A stretch of 63,974 nt of DNA, counting the filler, from Octopus bimaculoides (lineage: Eukaryota): assembly GCF_001194135.2 (NCBI RefSeq). It is 7 parts of 7 records of this genome, joined end to end, with 100 filler letters (N's around TTAATTAATTAA, not from the genome) between each part and the next. Parts side by side here need not be neighbours in the genome. Positions count along the whole stretch, not along the records: positions 46,495 to 53,344 come from NC_069003.1; positions 53,445 to 59,870 come from NC_068981.1; positions 59,971 to 62,664 come from NW_026320724.1; positions 62,765 to 63,974 come from NW_026427164.1; 3 more parts are not named here. The stretch is one strand, 5' to 3'. Shown one piece after another: positions 50,250 to 62,999 of the stretch. Position numbers and translations under genes: made by a program. Numbering within the stretch: position 1 is the stretch's first letter; every line of letters begins with the position of its first letter. The notes under the pieces are model-generated. The model was not told where the DNA came from. It made no database searches and saw nothing but the letters and a program-made list of their open reading frames with translations.

Positions 50250-51436
50250 GGTATCAAAAAGTTCCCGGAGTAGTTCTGTTGCGCACCAACAGATGGCAGC
50301 ACATGGTTGTGGGTGCAGTGTGAGCTAGCAGTGACCTTTATGAGGCAGTGTGCTGAGTGATATCCCTGTGTGTACTTCGCAAGTTGTGAAATTTGTGCTT
50401 TTATGATCACGTGTATACTGTATTCTGCAATTTTGTCATGGACATAAAGTTGCAACAGAACCAACGCGACGCGGCAATGGGTCGTACGCTGTGTTTCGAA
50501 TGGCACGGGCGCTTCAAAGGCGGAAGAACGTCCCTGGAAGACGATGAGTGATCTAGAACATCTGCCACCAGCGTCACCCCCAGAAATGCGGAGAAAATTC
50601 ATCAACTTGTACATGATTGTCGTCGGAGGACAAATAACGACATTGCTGATTTTGTTGGCCTGTCGTATGGATCTGTGTAGGCAATCCTAACATCTGAATT
50701 GGACACGCGGCGTGTCTCTGTCGAGTGTGTCTCCTGCCTCTGGCTACTGAGCAGAAAGAACATGGCGTCGAAGTCTATCAATATCTCCATAACTCTTCAT
50801 CCTGATGATCATCACCGGTGATGAAAGTTGGGTCTACATGTTCAACCTTGAGACGAAGCAGCAGTCGTCACAGTTTGAAGGGCCCTTCATCTCCACGACT
50901 GAAGAAGGCACGACAGAGCCGCAGCTCAATCAAGATTTTTTTTTTCTTTTTTGAGATCCGTGGTATTGTGCATCGAGAATTCGCCCTCCCCCCCCCCNNN
51001 NNNNNNNNNNNNNNNNNNNNNNNNNNNNNNNNNNNNNNNNNNNNNNNNNNNNNNNNNNNNNNNNNNNNNNNNNNNNNNNNNNNNNNNNNNNNNNNNNNNN
51101 NNNNNNNNNNNNNTTTGAAGCGTTTTAAAGAAGACATTCGGCAAAAGCGAGTGGATCTCTGGAGGGCCAAGAACTGGATTCTTCAAGATGACAACGTACC
51201 CTGTCACCGGGCTCTCTTCACTCGTAAGTATCTCACCAAAAAGCAACATGGCATCACTTCTGCACCCACCCTATTCGCCAGATTTAGCATCTGCAGACTT
51301 CCATCTCTTCCCCAAGATGAAAATGTAGCTCAAAGGTCGCCGTTTTAACACCATTGTCGAGATCCAGAGCGAATCGCAAAAGGTCCTTGACTCGCTTAGG
51401 GAAAACGACTTCCAGGCCAGATTCCAAAGGTGACAA
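50250..51436 (+). mobile_element. Decayed near-full-length mariner transposon
   Basis: CFEWHGRFKGGRTSLEDDE, ITGDESWVY, WILQDDNVPCH, HPPYSPDLASADFHLFPKMK. Frameshifts and one gap. Confidence 0.9.
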
Positions 51437-51485
51437 GGAGGGGATGAGGGGAGGGGGAAGGGGAGAAGAAGAAGAAGAAGAAGGC

Positions 51486-51910
51486 TTCTTAACAATACTC
51501 ACATCAGGCCAAGAAATGTTAGCTGAAGCCAGTATAAGAATGGGAATATTCCAAGATGATCCACTCGCACCACAGCTATTCATTGTTGGTCTTATGCCTC
51601 TTGCGTTAACTCTGAGAGAGGATAAATCATGCTGCGAAATAAACCACCCCTAGTTTATGGATAACCGGAATTTATTTGCCAAATGTTAGAAAGCTTTAGA
51701 TTTATTGGTCTAAACTGTTAGCGTTGTGAGTGATGACACAGGGGATGGAATTTAGAATAAATATGTTTGCGACGCTCGTAATTAGGAGAGGGGGAAAATA
51801 TCCAAGTCAGAAGGGATTAAACTCCCATATGAGACATCAATCAGAGCTTTGAATGAGGGTGACAGTTACAAGTACAAGTACTTACGTGTATTAGAGGCAG
51901 ATAGAATTCT
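51486..51910 (+). mobile_element. R4/Dong-like (RLE-class) non-LTR RT fragment
   Basis: IRMGIFQDDPLAPQLFIVGLMPL..KINHP*FMDN.NLFAK..DTGMEFRIN..YKYLRVLEAD. Confidence 0.8.
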
Positions 51911-52139
51911 GTTATTGGAGAAACCTGAACACCCGCCACGTGATTGAAGGTGGACTAACCAATAATAATAAATAACAACTGAGTGAACCGTCAAGGGGAT
52001 AGTTAACGGTATTAGTTCGATCATGTTTGTTCACCGTGTAAGTTCAACGTGTGTTGGTATAACGGTCGGTAGTTGAACAGTGAATACTGAATATCGTACC
52101 GACGTTCGAGTAGTACGGAATGTGTTCTGTATTAACATA

Positions 52140-53072
52140 GGCACAGGAGTGGCTGTGTGGTAAGTAGCTTGCTTACCAACCACATGGTTCCGGGTTCAGT
52201 CCTACTGCGTGGCACCTTGGGCAAGTGTCTTCTACTATAGCCTCGGGCCGACCAAAGCCTTGTGAGTGGATTTGGTACATGGAAACTGAAAGAAGCCCGT
52301 CGTATATATGTATATATATGTATGTATTTGTGTGTGTGTGTGTGTGTGTATGTTTNNNNNNNNNNNNNNNNNNNNNNNNNNNNNNNNNNNNNNNNNNNNN
52401 NNNNNNNNNNNNNNNNNNNNNNNNNNNNNNNNNNNNNNNNNNNNNNNNNNNNNNNNNNNNNNNNNNNNNNNNNNNNNNNNNNNNNNNNNNNNNNNNNNNN
52501 NNNNNNNNNNNNNNNNNNNNNNNNNNNNNNNNNNNNNNNNNNNNNNNNNNNNNNNNNNNNNNNNNNNNNNNNNNNNNNNNNNNNNNNNNNNNNNNNNNNN
52601 NNNNNNNNNNNNNNNNNNNNNNNNNNNNNNNNNNNNNNNNNNNNNNNNNNNNNNNNNNNNNNNNNNNNNNNNNNNNNNNNNNNNNNNNNNNNNNNNNNNN
52701 NNNNNNNNNNNNNNNNNNNNNNNNNNNNNNNNNNNNNNNNNNNNNNNNNNNNNNNNNNNNNNNNNNNNNNNNNNNNNNNNNNNNNNNNNNNNNNNNNNNN
52801 NNNNNNNNNNNNNNNNNNNNNNNNNNNNNNNNNNNNNNNNNNNNNNNNNNNNNNNNNNNNNNNNNNNNNNNNNNNNNNNNNNNNNNNNNNNNNNACGCAC
52901 ACACATCCACATATATACAACGGGCTTCTTTCAGTTTCCGTCTACCAAATCCATTCACAAGGCTTTGGTCGTCCCAAGGTTATAATAGAAAACACTTGCC
53001 CAAGGTGCCATGCAGTGGGACTGAACCTGAAATCATATGGTTGGTAAGCAAGCTACTTACCACACAGCCACT
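52140..53072. mobile_element. Two SINE family A 5' halves in inverted orientation around a microsatellite and gap
   Basis: Plus copy 52140-52300, minus copy 52920-53072. Confidence 0.85.
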
Positions 53073-53208
53073 CACTTTCCATCTATTAAATCTACTAACA
53101 GGGATTTAGTCGTCCTGGGGATATAGTAGAACACACTTGATCAAGGTGACACGCGGTAGGATTGAATCTGGAACCATGTGTGAGGGTACCTCTGTGTCAG
53201 TGTGTATA

Positions 53209-53252
<44 letters not shown>

Positions 53253-54261
53253 CATACATACACATTGCATCTGAGTGCTTGTGTATGTGAATGTGTACGT
53301 ATGCTAGTAAAAGTGTACGTGTGTATATGTGTGTGTGCGTGAGTNNNNNNNNNNNNNNNNNNNNNNNNNNNNNNNNNNNNNNNNNNNNTTAATTAATTAA
53401 NNNNNNNNNNNNNNNNNNNNNNNNNNNNNNNNNNNNNNNNNNNNTATATACATATATATAGCAATAAGAAACTGGAGGGGAATAGGTGGTATTCATCAAC
53501 TTGCAGCCATTGTATTGTGTCAATTTACTTGTTTATTTGTTTATCATAAGGCCAATAATAACAATATACAAACACATGTGACATACTATGTCAAATCAGT
53601 AATTAAAAAATGACATATATTGACAGAAAATGGGATAATGACTTACAGCTGTTTCAGTTTAGGGTGACATGCCTCATTCTATCTATGTCACTCCAGTTGA
53701 CTGAAGTAATTAATAGATGAAATAGATGAAATACAGGTACATGGATGATTCTCTAGGCCTCTTCAGAGATTTCATAAAGTTCATAAGGTTAAGTTAAAAA
53801 TATAAAAATATAAAAACCGTAAAAACCCACATATAAATGCATACTTTAACATATACATAAATATATATAAATAGACATAGATACATAAATACATATATGT
53901 ACATTTAAATGTACATACACAAATGTCCATACATGCACACAAATGAATCAATTATTATTGTTATCATACATGAGGAGGACACATATATATACACACATAC
54001 ATACATACACATATGTATACATAAGCATTTCCGTACAGACATGTTCCTTGGTATATACGCATTAGTTGCGTTTGGAATGGAGGACTGGTGCATCAGTTCG
54101 TATTTAGTTGCACTTGGTAATATAATTGCCATACAATGAAAAAACACTAGTGTAATAATAATTGGGTATTCTTCCAGCACTATATTGGACAGATATCATC
54201 CCTTAGTGGGTTCGTTTCACAACCCCTCACTTTCTTGGATATATACATAGATATATACACG

Positions 54262-54420
54262 ACAAGCTTCTTTCAGTTTCCGTCTACCAAATCCATGCAC
54301 AAGGCTTTGGTCAACGCGACGCTATAGTAGAAGACTCCTGCTCAAGGTGCCACGCAGTGGGACTGAACCTGGAACCATGTGGTTGGGTAGCAAGCTTCTT
54401 ATCACACAGCCACGCCAACG
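54262..54420 (-). mobile_element. SINE family A 5' half
   Basis: Reverse complement of the family A head. Confidence 0.85.
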
Positions 54421-54436
54421 CCTATATTTATGTGTG

Positions 54437-54467
<31 letters not shown>

Positions 54468-55633
54468 ATATATATATATATATAGATATATATNNNNNNN
54501 NNNNNNNNNNNNNNNNNNNNNNNNNNNNNNNNNNNNNNNNNNNNNNNNNNNNNNNNNNNNNNNNNNNNNNNNNNNNNNNNNNNNNNNNNNNNNNNNNNNN
54601 NNNNNNNNNNNNNNNNNNNNNNNNNNNNNNNNNNNNNNNNNNNNNNNNNNNNNNNNNNNNNNNNNNNNNNNNNNNNNNNNNNNNNNNNNNNNNNNNNNNN
54701 NNNNNNNNNNNNNNNNNNNNNNNNNNNNNNNNNNNNNNNNNNNNNNNNNNNNNNNNNNNNNNNNNNNNNNNNNNNNNNNNNNNNNNNNNNNNNNNNNNNN
54801 NNNNNNNNNNNNNNNNNNNNNNNNNNNNNNNNNNNNNNNNNNNNNNNNNNNNNNNNNNNNNNNNNNNNNNNNNNNNNNNNNNNNNNNNNNNNNNNNNNNN
54901 NNNNNNNNNNNNNNNNNNNNNNNNNNNNNNNNNNNNNNNNNNNNNNNNNNNNNNNNNNNNNNNNNNNNNNNNNNNNNNNNNNNNNNNNNNNNNNNNNNNN
55001 NNNNNNNNNNNNNNNNNNNNNNNNNNNNNNNNNNNNNNNNNNNNNNNNNNNNNNNNNNNNNNNNNNNNNNNNNNNNNNNNNNNNNNNNNNNNNNNNNNNN
55101 NNNNNNNNNNNNNNNNNNNNNNNNNNNNNNNNNNNNNNNNNNNNNNNNNNNNNNNNNNNNNNNNNNNNNNNNNNNNNNNNNNNNNNNNNNNNNNNNNNNN
55201 NNNNNNNNNNNNNNNNNNNNNNNNNNNNNNNNNNNNNNNNNNNNNNNNNNNNNNNNNNNNNNNNNNNNNNNNNNNNNNNNNNNNNAAATATCAAACGATG
55301 AAAATGAGTGCGCAACACTGCTTTGGTTTCATGTTAAAAGAAGTAGGAAAGAAGGAAACGGACGGTAGATTGTGCACTAGTCTTTATTCAGTACAACGAT
55401 CGTTTCCATTCTTTCTGAAACTGTCCATTCGGTGTAGGATTTTGTGCATCTAATAGCGTTGCATCAATCTGTGCAGTACGTGCATAGAGAAGGGGATGTC
55501 CCGCTAAATATATTGAGATGTCCTGCGCATGTTGTTCGAGACTTCTGTATCTCGGTTATATCATATATATGCATATAAAGATGAAAACAATTAGTTTTAA
55601 ATCTGTGAATGATAAGTAGTAACAGTATTACCG

Positions 55634-55874
55634 AGTAAAATCTATTTGCAACTGTAAAGTGGCAGTCCTTAGTTACTAGCTTTTTAGCATCAGGAAAACA
55701 TCTTTTCCAGCTGGCTACCGACGCACAACTGCGTCCTTATACCTCGAAAAAGGGAGCTATTATCCCCACTCAGCCTTAAACGGTACCTGCGGACCATGGT
55801 TTCTGGGGCTAAAAGAAGGTAATAACCTCGTCCTAATCAGGACTGCCACTTTACGGTGACAAATAGATTTCACT
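55634..55874. mobile_element. ~240-bp MITE-like element with 36-bp imperfect TIRs
   Basis: AGTAAAATCTATTTGCAACTGTAAAGTGGCAGTCCT (55634-55669) versus the reverse complement of 55839-55874, 4 mismatches. No TSD seen. Confidence 0.65.
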
Positions 55875-55901
55875 GTCTCTCTTTCTCCCTCACTCTCTCC
55901 C

Positions 55902-55971
<70 letters not shown>

Positions 55972-56615
55972 CACATATACATACATATATATACGTGCGC
56001 ACACACATATGTGCATGCGTGCATACATAGATCTAAGTATATATGCATACAATTATATGTACAAACATACATACACACACACACACACGCACAAACACAT
56101 ATATATATACGTATAGTAAAGTGTTTTCTAGCGCACTTGATGTATGAATACATGGAATTTTAATAATTTAACATTACACCCTTACTGATAAGAAAAATAA
56201 TTTGTGAAATGATAAATTGTGATTGAAATTTCAAAATTAATTAAATTTGGAATGTAGTGCTGAATGATTCGGATCTTTAACAGCAAGGTGAAAATTCCAA
56301 AAATGTTTCGGCCTTATTCGACCATATCAGTAAGGAATAGTCCAATAGTAGCTGTACATATATATATAAGGCATTTGTGAATGAACAGTAAGTGGCATAA
56401 TTAATTCATTTCAAGAGAGGTGAAACACAAAGTGGTTCTTATCACCTGGATATCAATTAAAAAAGCAAAAGTCATCTATTAAAGAAATTTGATAGTTTTA
56501 GCACAGGTAGTTAGCTATGATAAGAAATAACAGGGAAGTTTCTTTCGCTTTTGCTGGTCAGCACACAGATTTTAGAGACACAAACAGACAAGCAGAGACA
56601 GACAGAGACAGCGAG

Positions 56616-56658
<43 letters not shown>

Positions 56659-56674
56659 GAGAAAGAAAGAAATA

Positions 56675-56714
<40 letters not shown>

Positions 56715-57149
56715 ACGAAAGAAATAGAAGAATTGTTCCCACTACAGGAGTGGAATATTATTGGACTTTGCAAAAATAAAATGTTATGTTGACATAGGTG
56801 CAAAAATAAAATGTGATGCTGGCAGGAAATACCACATGATATTTTATCAAATATCACATGATATTTTATCAAAGGTTCTAACGAATATGACTACTCTCCG
56901 CCTGATCTGTCACTTGCAAGCGTATTTGATTAAATAGCATTCACGGGGATCAGCTGCAAGGATCATAGGCTGACTAAGATACTCACAGAGAATGTGACCA
57001 AATGAGATTTATTTTTCAATATAGTCCCGTTCAAATCAAATTTTATATTACTATGATAGTACAGTTCTATATTTAAGAGATGAGGAATTATGTACATTAT
57101 TTACATTATTTACATTCGACGGATATTTGTCCTTATCTTGTTTGTTGTT

Positions 57150-57197
57150 AACACAACGTTTCGGCTGATATACCCGTCACAGCCTTCTTCAGGTGTC
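57150..57197 (-). ncRNA. Minimal type-I hammerhead ribozyme, core intact
   Basis: GACAC-CUGAAGA-A-GGCUG(UGACGGGUAUAU)CAGCC-GAAACGUU^GUGUU. Confidence 0.8.
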
Positions 57198-57245
57198 TTG
57201 AGGAAATACCTTAGGAATGAGAACCCAGGTTCGAAATTTCCCCAA

Positions 57246-57291
57246 GACACCTGAAGAGGGCTGGAGGGTATATCAGTCGAAACGTTGTGTT
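57246..57291 (+). ncRNA. Minimal type-I hammerhead ribozyme, core intact
   Basis: GACAC-CUGAAGA-G-GGCUG(GAGGGUAUAU)CAGUC-GAAACGUU^GUGUU; predicted cleavage after 57286. Confidence 0.8.
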
Positions 57292-57547
57292 AACAACAAA
57301 CAAGATGAGGACAAATATCCGTCGAATGTAAATAATGTACTATGATTGTGCTCTAAGTTTTGAGTTCCTATACCATTCCAGTTCAAAGCAACCGATGTTG
57401 GTTATTGTGTAAAAATAATTACCAAGAGAAAAGCTACATGTGCCCCGAGGGAAAGGTTACCGGACCGCTCTAATGTGCTTTTAATGTTACACAATATGCA
57501 TTGTGCTGGTCTACTATTTCTCTTTCATTCAGTCACTCAGTGTGTGT

Positions 57548-57595
<48 letters not shown>

Positions 57596-57647
57596 NNNNN
57601 NNNNNNNNNNNNNNNNNNNNNNNNNNNNNNNNNNNNNNNNNNNNNNN

Positions 57648-57707
<60 letters not shown>

Positions 57708-58211
57708 ACACGCAGAACGGGCTTCTTTCAGTTTCTGTCTACCAAATCCACTCACGTATATGTGTATGTAAGGACGTAGAATTTATGTATGTATTATGTA
57801 TGTATTATGTATGTATGCATGTACAGGCGTATGTATATACATTGCCAGATCACTCATAGTGGTACTAGTAACATATAACCCAGAAAAATTAAGATTGACA
57901 TACTTGCACTATTAACCCTGGGCTAAATATATAACTTTTTTAGAATTTGGTTGTGACTTATCATATTTATTTTAAAATATGCAGGCTTCGATATATATTG
58001 CTTAAATAATATTCAAAGTGATTTATATGGTCAGAAATATAAGTGTTCATGTTGTCATAGTGAGGATCCAATCAAAGACTTTACAAGTAGAACATTTTCA
58101 AATATGAATAAGTGGAAGTATACAAAAATAAACACTATTTTCCATCTTACCATTCATTTTGTTTCATTTCAAAGAATAAAAAGTAAAAATTTATACTGTT
58201 TTATCATCATC

Positions 58212-58330
<119 letters not shown>

Positions 58331-58344
58331 TACTATTTATATTT

Positions 58345-58535
58345 TGCTGGTGGAATCGTTAGCGTGCTGGACGAAATGCTTAGCCGTATTTCGCCCGTCG
58401 CTACGTTCTGAGTTCAAATTTCGCCGAGGTCGACTTTGCCTTTCATCCTTTCGAGGTCGATAAATTGAGTACCAGCTGAGTACTGGGGTCCATATAATCG
58501 ACGATCCCCTCCCCCAAATTGCAGGCCTTGTGCAT
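58345..58535 (+). mobile_element. SINE family B
   Basis: Consensus match. Confidence 0.85.
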
Positions 58536-59765
58536 TTATTTAGTAGAAAGTATTATTTATATTTTGCATTACGTTTATGAGGGCATGAAACTCTTTCTAG
58601 TTTCAGGGCCTCTTTGGGCCTTAATCTGGCCCTGTTCATACTTGTATACCTACATACACATATAGATGCATACGTACATGCATGATGACTGCTTCAATTT
58701 GTCAGACGATATGTAAAATCCCTCCAGAATTCTACTAGTAACATCTAACCCGGTACAACTGGTTGTGTGGTCAGGTCACCAGTGGCTAAAGTAGAGCAAC
58801 GCTCATATACAGGAAAGCACTTGATAGTCGAGAAGGAATAGTCTGAAAGATTATGGTGGAAGTAGCAGNNNNNNNNNNNNNNNNNNNNNNNNNNNNNNNN
58901 NNNNNNNNNNNNNNNNNNNNNNNNNNNNNNNNNNNNNNNNNNNNNNNNNNNNNNNNNNNNNNNNNNNNNNNNNNNNNNNNNNNNNNNNNNNNNNNNNNNN
59001 NNNNNNNNNNNNNNNNNNNNNNNNNNNNNNNNNNNNNNNNNNNNNNNNNNNNNNNNNNNNNNNNNNNNNNNNNNNNNNNNNNNNNNNNNNNNNNNNNNNN
59101 NNNNNNNNNNNNNNNNNNNNNNNNNNNNNNNNNNNNNNNNNNNNNNNNNNNNNNNNNNNNNNNNNNNNNNNNNNNNNNNNNNNNNNNNNNNNNNNNNNNN
59201 NNNNNNNNNNNNNNNNNNNNNNNNNNNNNNNNNNNNNNNNNNNNNNNNNNNNNNNNNNNNNNNNNNNNNNNNNNNNNNNNNNNNNNNNNNNNNNNNNNNN
59301 NNNNNNNNNNNNNNNNNNNNNNNNNNNNNNNNNCCCGGTACAACTGGTTGTGTGGTCAGGTCACCAGTGGCTAAAGTAGAGCAACGCTCATATACAGGAA
59401 AGCACTTGATAGTCGAGAAGGAATAGTCTGAAAGATTATGGTGGAAGTAGCAGAGAAAAGCAGAGAAAAACAGAAACGGAAAGGCTGTGAGAGGAGGAGA
59501 TCTAATAAGAGATTTCAAGGCGTGAATCATTGTCAAAGTTTTAAATTATTCATCACGTATTTATTTCTTGAACCCGTATTCAAAACACTGGCTATAAAAC
59601 AAACGTATCGCCCATAGCTATTATAACTATTCACATATAGTCACCCGTGAGCGCATGAGCAATCATACACCCATACAGACACACCCATACATACAAATAA
59701 AAGTGTACTTGTGGATGCACAGGCAATTAGATCGGTGCACACGCCCACTGACAGCGATATTTATA

Positions 59766-59799
<34 letters not shown>

Positions 59800-59814
59800 C
59801 ATACATACGCGCGC

Positions 59815-59870
<56 letters not shown>

Positions 59871-59970
59871 NNNNNNNNNNNNNNNNNNNNNNNNNNNNNN
59901 NNNNNNNNNNNNNNTTAATTAATTAANNNNNNNNNNNNNNNNNNNNNNNNNNNNNNNNNNNNNNNNNNNN

Positions 59971-62664
59971 TATTTACGATTGAACGAATGTAGGTACGTA
60001 ATTACGTACGAACGAACGAAGGAGCGATCGAACGAACGCACGTTAGAGCGACCGTAGGAACGTACATTCGTACGAATGAAGTAACGAACGAACGAAAGTA
60101 GGAACGTCCGTACAGAACCTACGAACGAATGAACGAACGAACGAAATAATGAACGATCATACGTACGTACGAATGCAGATAAGAACAGATGTACGAGCCA
60201 AGGAACGAAGGTACGTAAGTACGCAACCACGTAAGTGCGTACTTACAAAGGAACCAACGTATATACCTACGTACGTACGTATGTACGTACGAATGAAATT
60301 ACGTACATACGTAAGTACGAACGACCGAACGAAAGAACGTACGTACGTACGTACGAATGAACGAATGATCCAACAAACGATCGAACAGACGAACGAACAT
60401 CGAACGACGAACGAACGTACTTATGAACGAACGATCGAACAAACAAATGAAAGAACCATTGAAGGAACGAACGAATGTAAGTATGTACCTAGGTACGAAC
60501 GAAAGAACGAACGAATGAACAAACGAGGAAACGAATGCACGTAAGTACGTACGTACGAATGAACGAACGAAAGAACGAACGTACTTACGTACGAATGAAC
60601 GAACGATCCAACAAACGAACGTACGTACGTACGTCCGCCGTACGTAACTACGTACGCCGTACGTAACTACGTACTTACAAAAGAACCAACGTATATACGT
60701 ACTTACGTACGAATGAACGTACGTACATACGTAAGTATGAACGACCGAACGAAAGAACGAACGTACTTTCGTACGAAGGAAAGAACGAACGTGCGTACGT
60801 AAGTACGAATAAACGAACGATCCAACAAACGAACGACAGATCGAACGAACGACGAACGAACGAACGGACCAATGAACGAACGATCGAACAAATAAAAGAC
60901 AGGACGATTGAAGGAACGAACGAATGTAAGTATGTATGTAGGTACGAACGAATGAACGAACGAACGAACAAATGAGGAGACGAACATACGTAAGTAGGTA
61001 CGAACGATCGGACGAACGAACGAACGAACGTACGTGCGTGCGTACGTACGCACGTACGGACGGACGAAGGAATAAACGAACGAAAGCATCTACGTACCAC
61101 CGTACGTACGAACGAACGAACGAACGAGTGAACGTACGTATGTACGAACGAACGGTAGTACGTACGTACGTACGAACAAACGAAGTAACGAACGAACGAA
61201 ATGAAGGAGCAAACGAACGACGAACGAACTAAGGAATGAACTTACGTACGTACGTATGCACGTACGAATGAACAAAATATCGTACGTACGTAATTACGTA
61301 TTTACGATTGAACGAATGTAGGTACGTAATTACGTACGAACGAACGCACGTTAGAGCGACAGTAGGAACGTACGTTCGTACGAATGAAATAACGAACGAA
61401 CGTACGTACGTACGAACGACCGAACGGACGGACGGACGCTCGAACGAACGCACAAACGAACGATCGATCGAACGTAGGACCGTACGTATGTACCTACGAA
61501 CGTACGAACGAACGAAGGATCGAACTAACGAACGTACGTACGAATGCACAAAATAACAAACGAACGATACAACGAACGAGCGTACGTACGCACATATGGA
61601 AGTACGTATGTACAACCAAACCAACGCATATACGTACGAATGAAAGAACGAAAGAACGTACGTACGTACGGACGGACGTACGTACGGACGTACGAAAGAA
61701 TGAACCAACGAAAGCATCTACGTACCTCCGTACGTACGAACGAACGAACGAACGAACGATCGGGCGAATGATCGTATGTACGTATGTACGAACGAAGGAT
61801 ACTACGTACGTAAGTACGAACGACTGAACGAACGAACGTATGAAAGAACGATCGAACAAACAAATGAAAGAACCATTGAACGAACGAACGAATGTAAGTA
61901 TGTCCGTAGGTACGAACGAAAGAACGAACGAGGAAACGAACTCTACGTAAGTAGGTACGTACGAATGAACGAACGATCCAACGAACGAACGAAAGAACGA
62001 CGATCGACGAATGAACGAACATACGTACGTAGGTTCGAATGATAGAACGAACGAACGAACGAACAAACGTGGAAACGAACGTACGTAAGAAAGAACGAAA
62101 GATCGGACGAACGAACGAAAGTACGTGCGTAGGTACGTCCGTTCGTACGTACGTACGGACTTACGAAAGAATAAACGCACGAAAGCATCTACGTACCTCC
62201 GTACGTACGAACGTCCGAATGAACGATCGAATGAACGTATGTACGAACGAACGATAGTACGTACGTACGAACGACCGAACGGACGGAAGTTTGTATGTGA
62301 AAACGAACCAATGCATATACGTACGTACGTATGTACGTAAGTATGTACGTACGAATGAACGAACGTACGTACATACGTAATTACGAACGACCGAACGAAC
62401 GAACGAACGAGCGAAGGATCGTATGTACGTATCTACGAACGAAACTACGTACGAATGCAGATAAGAACAAATGAACGATCCAACGAACGAAGGTACGTAA
62501 GTACGCACGTACGTAAGTACGTACTTACAAACGAACCAACGTATATACCTACGTTCGTTCGTTTGTTCTTTTGTGCATTCCTACGTACCTTCGTTCGTTA
62601 GTTCGTACGAACGAACGTACGTCCGTTCGGTCGTTCGTACGTACGTACGTATGTACGTACGTCC
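59971..62664. repeat. Complex CpG-rich (ACGA)/(ACGT)-based satellite with higher-order blocks
   Basis: GAAC/GTAC/ACGA tetramers with recurring landmark blocks, and a strand flip near 62551. Confidence 0.95.
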
Positions 62665-62999
62665 NNNNNNNNNNNNNNNNNNNNNNNNNNNNNNNNNNNN
62701 NNNNNNNNTTAATTAATTAANNNNNNNNNNNNNNNNNNNNNNNNNNNNNNNNNNNNNNNNNNNNCGAGTAAAATTACCAATAGAGAAACGAAAATAAAAC
62801 TTTGGAAACAGCAATGCCACCAGCAACGTCACCATAGGTTACGTGGAAACGATGAACGTGTTTTCAAGGGAGATAATCAAAGACTGTAACATTGTAATAC
62901 TTCGTGTGAAGTAAATATAACAAATGAAAAATCCTTCAAGAATCCATAAAATTCTTTGATTACTACCAAAATTCCTTGTTCCTTGTACCATTACCAACT

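Larger units (their letters stand above)
57060..57340. mobile_element. Inverted (back-to-back) pair of family H repeats
   Basis: Minus copy 57060-57207 and plus copy 57204-57340 overlap at AAAT. TACTATGAT is repeated at 57049-57057 and 57338-57346. Confidence 0.9.

Noticed and set aside
57540-57705. (TG)n-gap-(CA)n inverted microsatellite as a structural element
   Set aside because: The junction is hidden in Ns and could be a scaffolding artefact.
59971-62664. CRISPR-like array or protein-coding repeat
   Set aside because: No constant repeat with unique spacers; it is a tetranucleotide-derived satellite in eukaryotic context.
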